Part shown: in pieces, positions 41,319-56,031 of the stretch | Position numbering within the stretch: position 1 is the first letter of the stretch | Layout of the letters: each line of letters begins with the position of its first letter | NCBI GenBank assembly: GCA_951406725.2 | Contig: OX597828.1 | Span: forward strand, 31,062,001-31,126,000 | Source: Octopus vulgaris | Lineage: Eukaryota | Direction of reading: 5' to 3' | Length of the DNA: 64,000 nt | The notes under the pieces: model-generated | What the model was told of the DNA's origin: nothing | What the model saw: the letters and a program-made list of their open reading frames with translations, nothing else | Database searches by the model: none | Position numbers and translations under genes: made by a program

Positions 41319-42454
41319 CAAGACGTGTTGGATGTATATTTTCCTTACATGTAATTACATGAAACGCAGAAAAGCATGTATCAAACATGAAGTACTGCAT
41401 TCAGCATTTTCAATGTTGAAGAGATAAAGGGATTACAGACTGGAAAATCTAGTGAAGGCATATTTAAAAAAATTAGGAGAAAATTCAGGCATAGACGGGG
41501 TAATAAGACAGTTTGTGGATTGCTGAATGTATCTTCTCTCTCTACAGCACAGTAAGGAAAATAGAATATAATCTGCGATAGTGTAGAGTAGCGTTGAACT
41601 CGCGGCAATCCAGTGAGTGTTGTACGTCTTTGTGGCAACCATTAATTGTCTAATTGAGAAGAAAAAAAAACGTATCAAAACCATTAACAATATTAAATCA
41701 ATTTATCATACCAGAAGTTGTTTAGATATATTTATTTTTCATTTCCTTTTTTTTTTTTTCTTTTACTCTTGTATTCATCTTCGGTTTAAGGCAAGTCGTT
41801 TATTTTTCCATATATTTATAACTAACTTAAAGATTTCCTGTATTTACGTAAAGAAAATATATATCACTGATAACATTTTTTTTCCCTATCGAATTCTGTC
41901 TTTCTTCTACACAAATCGATTAATACAAAAGTCATAAACTAAATGAATAAATAATAAATGAATCTTTGATATAATTTATTTCTAAAAGGTTGTCAAAGAA
42001 AGAAAACAAAATTGAATCAAGTGTAAATTAAGTGAAGTTGCTTTTATTATTTTATAAGTAAAAATGTAAAAGAAGAACGAATCATCGATCTGCAATAAAT
42101 GTTATTTTTTAATGAAATTTACGAGATTACTTGCAAGACATAAGAAAACGTAGCTAGTTTAGTTTGACCAATACCTCAGCTAAGCAAATCACAGACTAAT
42201 AATTTTCTTAGCAATAAAATTTCACCACGGGTCCTTGTAGTTTTGCTTAGTTCGTGTTTTAGTAGTCGTAGCTATATTGATGATAAATAAGAGCACAATT
42301 CTAAGAATTGAGGTTAGTAACTACTGGATATTTCTTGATTATTACTTTCCACTATTTAATTACTACTGTTAAAATACATTGGATCAAGGACTTGTTCTTA
42401 AATGAAATATAATTACAGAGTTGTTCATAAAACTCGACTGTTTGTTAACATATT

Positions 42455-42704
42455 TCATTCTTTTACTTTCTTACTTGTTTCAATCAACTGACAGTGGCCA
42501 TGTTGGAGCACCGCCTTTTAGGCGAAGAAATCGACCCCTGGACCTATTCTTTGTAAATCTGGTGCTTATTCTATAGGTCTCTTCTGCCAAACCGCTAAGT
42601 TACGGGGACGTAAATATACCAACATAGGTTGTCAAGCGATGTTGGGGGTACAAACACAAACATACCCCCCCATATAAATACATGCATACATCATAAATGC
42701 ATAC

Positions 42705-42754
<50 letters not shown>

Positions 42755-42894
42755 GTCTACCAAATGCACTCGCAAGGCTTTGGTCGGCCCGAGGCTGCAG
42801 TAGAAGACACTTTCCGAAGGTGTCACGCAGCCGACTGCACCTGGAATTATGTGGATGAAAAATAAGCTTATTGCCACACAACTACACATGCGCC
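42455..42894 (-). mobile_element. SINE family A (diverged)
   Basis: Reverse complement of family A. Confidence 0.85.
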
Positions 42895-43460
42895 AATGTT
42901 TAGATAATAAAATATGTTTGGGCTGTATGCTTATGTATGGTTGTGTGTGTCTATATATGAATTGTATTCTTGTAACCCTGTGTCACTGCATTTTGAAAGT
43001 CTGAAATTTCCCTTTTGCTGCCGCATAAACAATTCAACAATAACCAAGATCTCTCAGAATAAAACGAGATTGACATAAAATATTTTCGCGCGAATTTCAC
43101 ATACATTCTACGTATAAATATGCACTCGTATACACATATATACATATGTATGCGTACATGTTAAAATACGTGTGTATATATACAAGCATGCGCTGATATG
43201 TATAAGTATATATAAAAATATTTGTGACTATGTCTAGGATGACAGGGTAATTAATTTAGATACGCACTGCCACTAAGACAACCCGATTTATTCATGCGTA
43301 GCGGCAGGAAGATTAGCCGCAAACGGGGTAGCAGATGGCCTTTGCCTGTTCGTCTCCAAATGACTATATTCGTTTGTTTATAACCGTATTCAACGTCTTC
43401 TCCATCACAGTGTGTGTAACGGTACGTACCGCCACGAGGCCACGTGTGTGATATATTTGT

Positions 43461-43583
43461 GGCGCAGGAGTTTGCATCCAAACTACATGATCATGGATTA
43501 AGCTCCACTGCGTGGCACAGAATAAGTGATTTCAAGTAGAGCCTGTGGTAGACGAAACCTGGAAAAAGCCCGCCATATATATA
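43461..43583 (+). mobile_element. SINE family A 5' fragment
   Basis: ggcgcaggag..ccactgcgtggcac..ggtagacgaaac..aagcccg(ta)n. Confidence 0.6.
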
Positions 43584-43852
43584 TACTCCCGAAGAACCTG
43601 AGAGACCTGCATGTGGTGGATGCAGATGTCTTTAAAATAAAACTGGATCTCTTCTAGTTAGGTGTCCCAGATGAACCAACTTCACGGCAGGAGGTGCAGA
43701 TGAGGGCAGCTGCATCGAACTCTCTCATGCACCAAATGACAATTGCTAAAAAGTATTCGTGAAGTAAAATCATGTAGCAACCCCAAATGGCGGTGCCCCA
43801 GCATGGCCTCAGCTCGTGAGCTGAAACTAGATAAAGATAAAGATAAAGATAA
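43584..43852 (+). mobile_element. 3' end of a CR1/L2-group LINE (5'-truncated)
   Basis: Translates to ILPKNLRDLHVVDADVFKIKLDLF*LGVPDEPT..RAAASNSL, a typical ORF2 C-terminus. Followed by a stem-loop and a (gataaa)n tail. Confidence 0.75.
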
Positions 43853-45106
43853 CGATTTATACATAATTAATAAAATCAAATCGGAGAAAACGAGAACAAA
43901 AAAAAAACAGCAACGGGAGGATGTGATACATGCTAAGTATTAATAAGACGGTTAGAGAAGGAAAGAAAGGGTATTTAACGTTACGGGTAAGCTCTTCTTT
44001 AGAAACAGGAGACAGAGGAAAGTCCAAGAGAACAGAGACACGGTGGGGAAATGTCACCAGCAGTTCACATGTGGTTACATTTTGGAGTGTATATGTGTGT
44101 GTTACGTGTATGTGTGCATGCGAGCGCGCGGGATGTGCACATGAGACTTGTTGTATGTGCTTTCCTCACCACCACTTAAGTACGGGTTCAATTCATTCGA
44201 TTAAAAATTCTTCAAGCTGGAGCTCCGGTATGGCCGATCTTTAATGACTGAAACAAGTAAAAGATAAAAGATACATGTGTGTGTGTGTGTGTGTTTGTGT
44301 GTTTGTATATATATATATATATGTGTATGTGTATATGTGCATATATACATATTTACATATATGTATATATGTGTGCGTGAATGTGTGTGAGTGCGTGTAT
44401 GAGTCAGTATTTGAATGCCCGATTCTATGTAGTCGTATATGTATATTCAATTTCCTCACAATAAAGTGTCTCGAACTAACTATCTAACTATTTTTGTACT
44501 ACAATGGGCAGATTTAACGAATGAAAACTGACAGATATTTTGCTGTCAAATTCACTTTCTCCTAACGTTTCCGAGGCGGACATATTTTCTATTAATGTCA
44601 CATGAATATTTGAATGGTAATTTCAGTTGATTGCATTGACACAGACAGACACACTTTCACATAAATAGTCATATATCGTTATGAATTAAGAAGTTGACAG
44701 ACAATAATTTTTGAGAACCATTTAAAAAAAAGCTCAGTAACGTAACCGATCTCTACGTCGTGAAAACAAAATTTGTAGAGAACATGTTTTTCCTTGAATA
44801 CTTGGTTTAATTCTAATGGTACACAATTCCTGTTGGCCATCATACACTGCAAGTCCTCTACTTGCCAGCTTAAAATATAACAAGTTTAGATAATTAGTAA
44901 TTTTCAGAAATTAGGTTCTTTGGCAATAAATTAATTTATGTTCCCATTATCTCTGATGTACAACAAATTTTACTAAGTCTTACGAATTTGAGCTTAAGCC
45001 AACTGTTGCAACAGAGTTTCCCCAAAAACATTCCTAGCACCTTTACCATATCATTTTATGCTATTCTCAGGTTATAGTTTTTATTTTTTAACACACTGTC
45101 AATATA

Positions 45107-45490
45107 AGGCGGTGAGGTGGTGTTATCTTTAGCACGCCAGGCGAAATGCTTAGCGGTATTTCGTCTGTCGCTACGTTCTCAGTTCAAATTCCGCCGAGGT
45201 CGACTTTGCCTTTCATCCTTCCGGGGTCGATAAATTAAGTACCAGTTACGCACTGGAGTCGATATAATCGACTTAATCGGTTTGTCTGTCCTTGTTTGTC
45301 CCTTCCGTGTTTAGCCCCTTGTAAAGAAATAGGTATTTCGTCTGCCGCTATGGTCTGTGTTCAAATTCCGCTGAAGTCAAATTTGCCTTTCTTCCATGCG
45401 AGGTCGATGAAGTAAGTCCCAGTTAGGTACTGAATTCCATGTAATCGACTTGCCCACTCCCCTCAAATTTAACGCCTTGTGGCTAAAGCA
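45107..45490 (+). mobile_element. SINE family C, tandem dimer (45107-45330 plus partial 45331-45490)
   Basis: B box gttcaaattcc. Conserved core gtcgactttgcctttcatcctt.cggggtcgataaa.taagtaccag (Meta-domain-like as recalled) is repeated twice. Confidence 0.8.
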
Positions 45491-45711
45491 GCAAACTTTA
45501 TTTTACAATCTCGACTGTCATTTGAAGGATATTAGGCTACGCTTTCAATTATGCTTCGAAACTATGTCCAGTTAATCACGTTCAACCATTGTTCTAGTTT
45601 ATGCTTGTGTTTTTCAACTAGCAGTATACAAGAAGAATGTGTTCCTCATCATATGATATCATGAAAATCATATAGTTATGTAGAGGTATATATATATTTA
45701 TAGATGGGCCT

Positions 45712-46112
45712 ATCTCTTTTACTCTTTTACTTGTTTCAGTCATTTGACTGCGGTCATGCTGGAGCACCGCCTTTAGTCGAGCAAATCGAAACCGGGACTT
45801 ATTCGTTGTAAGCCCAGTACTTATTCTAACGGTCTCTTTTGCCGAACCGCTAAGTGACGGGGACGTAAACACACCAGCATCGGTTGCTAGCGGGACAAAC
45901 ACAGACACACAAACACACACACACACATACATATATATATACATATATACGACAGGCTTCTTTCAGTTTCCGTCTACCAAATCCACTCACAAGGCTTTGG
46001 TCGGCCCGATGCTATAGCAGAAGACACTTGCCCAAGATGCCACGCAGTGGGACTGAACCCGGAACCATGTGGTTGTTTAGCAAGCTACTTACCACACATC
46101 CACTCCTGCGCC
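45712..46112 (-). mobile_element. SINE family A, near full length
   Basis: Reverse complement of family A. Confidence 0.92.
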
Positions 46113-46397
46113 TATGTAAACGTTTGTGAAAATATTTCTGTGGATACTATGGATGCTTAAGTATTTGTATACGTACGTATTTAACTGATGGCAAACGTCA
46201 ATTTATCGCTAATTAGATCTAAGCTCTTGAAATATCTTTCATATATATCAACTGATTATATATGTCTATTTTATTTGCACATTCTCAGACTTACGGACAC
46301 AAGGACACGTACACACCCCACATACACACACATATACACACATACGCATATCCACACAAACCCTCACACATGTACATCTGTATACATATGAACACGC

Positions 46398-46471
<74 letters not shown>

Positions 46472-46495
46472 TTTTTCTGCATATGAACGCCAATA

Positions 46496-46552
<57 letters not shown>

Positions 46553-46980
46553 GCACACACATACACATACGTTGATTTATGTATATTCTAAATTGCTTAT
46601 ATACTTAAATGAATCCTGCAATGTCATCTACCCCCACTGCAAAACCCTTCTCTCTGTTGCATTCTATCGATAGTCTTCCATTTTGCTCCTCATCGTCGAA
46701 TTTTTTTCATCACTTGACATATAGTAGGAAATGGGTATTATACAGCATCGGTATAATCAGCTTCTATTTAAACTGGTTAAGCCTGTGTAGTGATTTATAA
46801 ATAGTAAATTGATCTACTTGACTATACAACTTGGTAAGCCGTTTATGAGCGACCTTTACTTCAGATAATCAATCAATATAGTATGATGGACAAAACCACT
46901 TCGTCTCAAGTAATGTTCGCTTTGTCCCTTCGAATCGCCTTCAAACATTGAAAACATTAACGTCTTCTAAATGGTAAGAA

Positions 46981-47270
<290 letters not shown>

Positions 47271-47765
47271 TATATATATATTAGGATTTTGAGATTTTCC
47301 AAAAGCAAGAAAATACCGGCAACAGTGTATGTAGAAAGTTTAATGTTATGATTAATACGATTACTTGCACGAACTATTTTAAAACTTTTAACTCTAAACT
47401 ACTTTCACATTTTCAGAAGGATATGAAAGAATCAAAGCTGAATATACGAGTGGGTTAATATGATACAAACAAATTCAAGTGAATGATTTGCTATGAAGAT
47501 GCACCACTCGAGAAACAAGAATATGATGCGTTTCTAGTTTTACTTAATGCATGAGCGCTAAAACAATATTGTTTTCTCTTTTTAATATAAGCACAGGGCC
47601 AACAATATGGTGCTAGAAATATGGTCAGTTGATTCCATTAATACTAGTGGTCAAATGGCACTTATTTGTATTTTCTCCTGCATGGTAACAATTCCAACCA
47701 CTCACCGTTGTAGTTGCGGTGTAAAGGGTGTAAAGTATTCATGCGTGTATGTAATCATGCATATG

Positions 47766-47814
<49 letters not shown>

Positions 47815-48020
47815 TTATTATTCTTTTAGTTGTTTCAATCATTTTAGCTACGGCCATGATGGAGCACGGCCGTAGAAGAAATCGATCCCTGGACCTATTC
47901 TTTGTAAGCCTGGTGCTTGTTCTATTGGTCTGGTTTGCTCAGCCGCTAAGTTACGGGGTCACCAAGATAAATTGTCAAGTGATAGTGTAGGGAGAACACA
48001 GAGACAAATACACACACATA
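47815..48020 (-). mobile_element. SINE family A 3' half
   Basis: ccgctaagttacgggg, gacctattctttgtaagcc and ggagcac motifs. Confidence 0.75.
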
Positions 48021-48091
48021 CACACACACACACACACACATATATATGAGAGTATTATAATTTGCTTGAAGCATTGTGTATTGTTTGTAAA

Positions 48092-48390
48092 TAAAAAAAA
48101 CAGTTTTGTAGGGTACAACAATACACCATATTAGAAACGATGGGCTATATACCTGTTGTAATTTAGCCAGCCACGGTCCGATAATATTTCGGAACAAAAT
48201 TCCTTCTTCAGTTATTCTTGGAAGGAGTCGCTGCTAAACCGATTAAAGCAGCAACTCCATCTAAGAATATCTGAATAAGGAATTTTATTGCGATATATTA
48301 TCAGACTATGGATGACTAAATTACAACAGGTATAAAGCCCATTGTTTGTAGTGTAGTGCCTTGTTGTACCCTGCAAAACTGTTTTTTTTA
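48092..48390. repeat. ~300-bp aged palindrome (arms ~48092-48235 / ~48247-48390) with HHR-like core
   Basis: The arms are reverse complements with scattered mismatches. The left arm on the minus strand reads CTGAAGA-a-ggaa-ttttg-ttcc-GAAA (48187-48211). Confidence 0.88.
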
Positions 48391-48443
48391 CACACACGCA
48401 CATATAATATAAATAAATAATATATATATATATGTATATAGAC

Positions 48444-48484
<41 letters not shown>

Positions 48485-50709
48485 CATACATACATAATAC
48501 ATATATACACATATGTGCATATATACATACGTATATGTACATACATACATCTATACGTATGTATATGCATGTTGGCACAGTACGTCAGGAAACGTATGCA
48601 ACAAAAAAGTACAAAACATGTGTACATGGAACATGACCGATTCTTTTCTAATAATGAAAGACACAAATAGCAAACAAAACAAACTCGTGTTTCGATCATT
48701 TAACAACAATTTACGCTTTCGAGGAAAGAGTTCCTCCCGCAAAATCAATTAAATAAAATTTGGGATTTTGCGGAGAGGCAAAATAGGTAACACTAAAAGG
48801 ACTGTGAAAACAATCAGGAAGGGCTGCTAAACCAAGTGGCGAATAAGCAAATCAAGCTAGGACAGGAGACAAACAAGAACACACCTTCCTTGTTCCAGCT
48901 ACATCGGAGAGAAAGAAAGATGACCGATGGTCATGTGGGAACCACGTGAGCAAAGTAGCAGGAATGAGGGAGAGAGAGTGACAGATTAATAGGATATAAT
49001 ATTGGGAGAAAAGGAGGTAAGAGAATAAGAGAGAAAAACGGAAGAGAAAAAAGATCGTATAGAGTGTGCATCAGAATTATTACGATAAAACATAAATAAT
49101 ATATATATATATATATATGCATGTAAGTATGTACATATATATACGTATATGTACATACTTATATCTATACTATAAAGACGTATGTGGACACAGGACGTTC
49201 CGTTACGTGTACAACAAAAAAGAACGACCCTGAGAAAAAGATAATGATTCAAATAACCACGGCTGGGTTTGATACATAATGCATTCATACACACACACAT
49301 ATACTGGCACACACACTCAGAGGGAGAGAGAGAGAAGCGAAAGATGAACCTTTATGTATAAGGCATGCAAGACATACAGAATTCTAATGGGAGAGAGTAT
49401 GATATTTCAGGTCAGACAGCTGCTTCATATTCTTCAATAAAGTTTTCGGAGTGTAAATTCAAATCACTTGGACACTACATTGAGCGTGCTTGAATCTCAT
49501 CTATTGACTCTCTTTCTTTCTTTCTTCTTCTAACTGTCTGTTTGTCTCTCACCCTTTCTCTGTCTATTTGTCTGTCTCTCCCACTCTTTATATATATATA
49601 TATATATATACATGCATGCTAGTGTATGTTCGTGTAATCTAGATTAACGATAATACAGCAGGGAGCATATTTTGTTACCGAAAGCTAACTACATTAGTGA
49701 ATAAATTACTTTAATGACTATTAATGTATATAAAGTATTAGATTAGGAAATGGGAAATTTCGGACATAATATAGACGTCCAGCTTTATAGCTACATAGGC
49801 TCTTTCAATGCCATATAGAAACGTGCTATTTATTTTCTCATCGACTAGTGTTTGATTTACTAATGTTAGCAGAGACAAACATGGAACGTCCTAATATAAA
49901 TACGTGCAATAACACGGTATCGGAGGTAGTAATAGCATATCATTGTCAATTGTAGTTGTTAAAGTATTTCTTTAGTTTTCCATGAAAGCGTAAGAATTGT
50001 GGCCGTCCTAACACATTAAAATATACTTACTAAATCAACAATGTTTTTTGAGGGTGTTGGCGATATAACAGAGAACTTTTGGTCTCATGAGCGAAGTGAT
50101 CGATGAGGTATATACAATATTATGTTTCAGACACATTAAACCATCATGAATCATTGAATTGGTAACAGCAATTGAAATATTTCGAGATGTCTACCGTTAT
50201 TAAATAGAACATAATTGACTGAAATTGAAAGCCCGCCATTGACAACGTTTTAAAAATGTAGTCACAAGCCAAATGAAGCTTCACCTGATGTACGGTATCA
50301 AACAGTCTGAGGATAACACAACACTTTAATAACCGTATGCACTATGGAAATTGCTTCCACAATATAAATACAATATATATTCATGGTAATGATATTACAG
50401 ATTGTCGATGGAGCGAATCAAGCTCAAATAATTTGATGCGGTAGATATGAATACAAGAGACTAAACCACCAGCGTTTAAACAGCTAAGGAATTATCAATG
50501 ACAAATGCGATGGCTACGTAAAAAGTTAACAGCTTTGACAGAATTAGATACTTATATCAAATGTAAGAACGATATCGTAGAAACCTGGTTTAGTCTAATA
50601 AAAGAATACCTGATCCAGTACCGGTAACGCTTTTAAGGCTACTGGCACTCTTCCAATATAGTTACATATGATTGAACATACCAAACTTTGATGGAACATC
50701 ATAACACGC

Positions 50710-50957
<248 letters not shown>

Positions 50958-51176
50958 GTGTATCTATATATATGTTACTCGATCTCCCTCATATATACAT
51001 CAAATTCTACAAGTGCACTTATATGTATACAAAACAAATGTGCGTGTGTGTGTATGAACTTGCATTTGACTGTGTATAATTCTCGTATAAGTATAAAATA
51101 ACGTGCGTCATCAGACTCCAGACACACGTATACATGGATGTGTGCATGAATGTAGGGGTTTGTATGTATGTATGTA

Positions 51177-51248
<72 letters not shown>

Positions 51249-51290
51249 TGCATATGTTTATGGATATATATGTACAAATATATACTTATT

Positions 51291-51327
<37 letters not shown>

Positions 51328-51629
51328 GCATATATATTCAAATATATATATATATATATATGTATGTTTATATATAAACTTACATATTTACCTACACACA
51401 TATATACATACACACATAGAGACGCATACATACACATATATACTCGCATTCACGCGTATTCGTTGCAGTCGGTGTTCGTGAAATATAATTTTTTTATAGG
51501 TTTTATTTAGAAGCCTACTCTAATATTCTCAAGGCCATGTAAAACCAACTCTGAACATACTGACGCAAAAATTTCCATTGACATATAAGCTTCCGTCTAT
51601 GTCTTTATAGATTCGAGTGGATTTATTGT

Positions 51630-51935
51630 ATCCCTTTTCTTGTTTCAATCATCTGACTGAAGTCGATCCCGAGGCTTATTCTTTGTATGTCTACTACTTA
51701 TTCTACTCCTTATTTTGTCGAACCTCTAGGTTAAGGGGATGTAAACACATCAACATTGGTTGTCCGAACACACAACACAGAAACACATCAATATATACAT
51801 ATATGACGGGCTTCTTTCAGTTTCCATCCACCAAATCTACTCACAAGCGTTTGGTCCGCCGGAAGCTATAGTAGAAGACACTTGTCCAAGTTGCAACTGA
51901 ACCCGGAACTATGTTGCTGGGAGGCAAGCGTCTTC
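51630..51935 (-). mobile_element. SINE family A (diverged, deleted)
   Basis: gacgggcttctttcagtttcc..ctatagtagaagacacttg..actgaacccggaac. Confidence 0.8.
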
Positions 51936-52686
51936 TGACGTAGAATTTATTTTAAAATTTTCTGGTTAGAAAAATATTTAATAATTTTCTAGAATTTCGA
52001 TAGAGTAAAATAGCTTGATTTGTAATATCTATCGCCCGAAAATTAATTATACTTACTAAATGAAAGTACCTTATTCATTTCTAATCATTACCAAAGTAAA
52101 GTTTGCTGGAGTTTTATTTGAAAACAAAAATATAGGCCATATGTCTTTAGAATCGTATTTATAAAATGCATCATATAGAAGACAAATATGTTTCAGTTGC
52201 TTAAAATATTTGGAGGTGAGGCGAATGTCATAGATTCGGTCACTAATGTAAATCGATTTCAGTCATGGTACATGTGAATACGTATGCACTGAAGAGGCTA
52301 AAATCTTTAGTTTCGGTGTAATGTGGATGCACTTTTAGCATCTGAAACCACGGTGGCAATTCTATACTATTTTACTCATAAGATTTCTTCAGCAAGGAAA
52401 TTTACTTTCTAAAAAAATGAAAAAGAAAAAACAATAGACAATTATATAGACAATTATCATTATATGTTGCATAAACAGTAGTTGTTTTGTGGAAGTGCAA
52501 GTACATAACCAGAAATTAGAAACCATAATATTTACTACAGAATTTCTCCATAAGATACGAATATTACTCGAATGCACAGAACATTAGGAAAGTAATGATT
52601 CGTGTAATCTTTAAAACATGTCCGCGCGTTTAGTTGGTGTCTTAGTTTTATAATATATATATCGTCAACAATCCACATGTAGTTAC

Positions 52687-52740
<54 letters not shown>

Positions 52741-53504
52741 ATGTATGTATATATACATAATTAATTAATAAGGGTGAGAGAATTAGATACTAATTTATGT
52801 ATATATACATATATATTTATAAATATATGTATATATAACTACATATATATATATATTTATAAATACACACACACACATATATATATGTATGTATAGATGG
52901 ATAGATATGAAATCACATTCGATGGAGATGTTGGTCCTACTCATGACGTTTATAGCTACAACAAGTGTGGACACATTTGCCGTCCGTCATAAATTTCTAT
53001 AGGAGGAAATAAGTAGCCAAATTTGGGCTTGAAATATATCAGAATTCCTATGATCATCCTTCTTCATAGGATTGTTTCTATTCTTTTACATCGAAAGTTG
53101 CTCGTTATTTCCAGGTGAATATTTATATATCACTGACAAAATTATTCTTTCGAAGTATAAAACTTACGCCAAGCAAGCAAAATAATATAACACTAAAGAA
53201 CAATTTCCATTATATAACGGCTACATTGAATGGAAACATGAATTTTACCGAGCAGCACGAAGCCATATTTCAAGTTAAATTTGGACGAGGATTCCTAGTC
53301 GCAGAGAACTGATAAATTTAATATATGATTTTATTGCTATGGATTACTAAGTTACAAACATTATATTAAATGTCTACCGATAAGTACTCTACGTAATGTA
53401 TTTCTTCTCCACCGATAATAGCGTGAGCACATTCATGTGTATGTATATTTGTATGTATGCATGTATGTCTGTATATGTGTATGTGTATGTATATATTTAT
53501 GTTT

Positions 53505-53567
<63 letters not shown>

Positions 53568-53601
53568 AATTAATATGCAAGCATATATATATATAACAAT
53601 A

Positions 53602-54548
53602 TATTTAGTCATCCCATAAATAATACGTTTTTTTCAATTACATGAACTAAAAGCCAAAAAGCTGTAAAACCAGGTTGTAATTTTACCTTGTACTTATTCT
53701 TAGTGCATGTTTTGAAGAGTGCAGTACGATTTTAACAGTTATTTATTCAATTTCATAATGGAAGTGACAACGGAGCATATTCAGTATATTTTGCTTTATG
53801 AATTCAATAAAAGCAACAACGTGACACTGCGTGGAATATTAATGCAATATATGAGGGTCGGACAATAAGCGTGAGCCAGTGCTAACGGTGTTTCCAGAAA
53901 TTCCGAGCCGGAAACTACACCCTAGAAGACTAGACTCGTCCTGGAAGAACTATAGAGATTGAGGAGGACGTCCTTCAAACCCTGGTGGAGCAAAAGCCTA
54001 TCGTAACTGTTGAGGAACTCACAGAGAAGCTTCGATTTGTTCATTTAACCATTCAGCGACACGTGCGTGCCATCGGGAAAATTCAGCATATTGGGGCAAT
54101 GGGTTGCTCACAAATGTTCTGAGTCTAAACAGCCGTAGAGAGTGAATGTTTGCTCTCCTTTGCAGTCACTCTCACGAATGAAATATCTTTGGACTGAACA
54201 GTGACAGGTAACGAGAAATGGTTGTCTATAAAAATGTCAAGCGCCGTATGACAGTGCCTAGGGAAAGGAGAAACACCGGCTAAAGAAGATTATCACCGAC
54301 GAAAGGTGTTGTTATCTGTTTGGTGGGATATGAAAGATTTAGGAAAGTTTAAGCTTTTCAGCCCAAAGCATACGATAACAAGGGAGATAAGCTTCGAGGA
54401 GCTTGAGCCTCTTAAGTCAGCGCTAGAAGGAAAAGACCATTTTGGGTTTCAAGACAGAAGGTGTTCTTTCATCAGGTTGATGGTCGGTCACATACAGCAA
54501 TGATGACATTCGAAAGGCTGGAGCAATTTGAATTGGAAACGATACCCA
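53602..54548 (+). mobile_element. Mariner (DD34D) transposase fossil, 3' end cut by a SINE
   Basis: From ATG 53758: MEVTTEHIQYILLYEFNK..FQKFRAGNYTLED*TRPGR, WVAHK (WVPHEL), VTGNEKW (TGDEKW), KVLLSVWWD and HQVDGRSH (HDNARPH). Confidence 0.88.
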
Positions 54549-54737
54549 CGCACACACATACATATAGACATATAAGTACGCCTGTGATGGGCTTTTTTCA
54601 GTTTCCATCTACCAAATCCACTCAAAAGGCTTAGGTCGGCCCAAGGATATAGCAGAAGAGACATGCCAAAAATGGCACGTAGTGGGATTGAACCCGGAAC
54701 CATGTGATTGGTAAGCAAGCTACTCACCAGACACCTA
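54549..54737 (-). mobile_element. SINE family A 5' half
   Basis: Reverse complement of the family A head. Confidence 0.85.
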
Positions 54738-54870
54738 TTTCACACTCATGGTTATATTCGTTCATACTCTCATAAACACTTATACGCACATATCTCTGGG
54801 TTTCTACTGATGTGTGTATGCAAAGGAGATGTAGTTATAATCTGGAAATGAGATACTTTTTACACAACGA

Positions 54871-54906
<36 letters not shown>

Positions 54907-56031
54907 ATACGCAGACACATAGGTGCTTACGCGCGCGCGTGCATACACACATATACATATATATGTATGTATGTATATATGTATATAGATTATATACTTG
55001 CGTGTGTGTGTGTGTCTGTGTGCAAATACATACGTATGCTTTGGTTGTGAGTGGTTATGTATGATCACAGATCGTGTCACCCTGCCCCCATATGCGTACA
55101 CGGCTGAATGAATATATACACGTATATATTTCAGTATAATTGTCTCTCCTGCATTGCTTGAGGGTGAGGAAATCAAAATGCAGATTAGAAGATGAATATA
55201 TTTCATTTATGAAAATGGTGCAAATTTGCAGTAGTAATTGGCGCGATATTTCCGATAATGGTAAGATACCAACTCAATAAACGGTTTGCTCTACTGAATG
55301 ATCAGTTCAGTGAAATTATACACACACACACACACTCACACACACGCGCGCGCATAAAGACATTTCTAAATTTGGGTGTAAAACGGAAATTGTTATTTCA
55401 CACATCGGATACTGTACAGGCAGGAAGGGAAAATTTTTAAGATCATATTGCGCTGCTGGCTAGAATTCATATTTGCTTCAATAATGTGATCATTTAGGAA
55501 ATCCACGTGATAAGGTAGGCGGATTATATTTTATTGTATCTCAGAGCAATGTTGACTTTATGATATAATTAGAAATATATTTCGTGTATTCTATTACACT
55601 ATGTATTAACAAAAATTGTTATAAGAATCCATCCTTATTCTTACATGGCCAAAAGCAGTCAAATAGAATTCATAAGAAACAGGCACGTTAAATATGCATA
55701 AGCATAATCAATACTTTGTGAATACTGAGTACATTTTTTGGTTAAATATCAATTGAATTCACAGATGATGATGATAATAATCGACGAAAATATATACCTC
55801 TTGAAATAAAATATAAAATATAATAGGAATAATTTAAGATACATAAATAAATATTTCGGGTTTTTGTAAAGATATATATTTGAGGATATAGGCTTGTAAG
55901 GAAGCTTTCGCTTGTATACTTTGATGCGGTCTTTTCCAAAATGCTTTACTTTATTCGATGGTTTATCTACAGTTTGAATAAATCAATGTGTCTGAAATTT
56001 CAGAGACTGGAACTTGTAATGCCTATTAATA

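Noticed and set aside
47417-47449. 33-nt candidate micro-exon (ttttcAG..GTgggt)
   Set aside because: Such splice-like signals are common by chance in AT-rich DNA and there is no homology support.
52285-52335. CTGAAGA followed by a 7-bp hairpin
   Set aside because: No GAAA or NUH in the required positions, so not an HHR.
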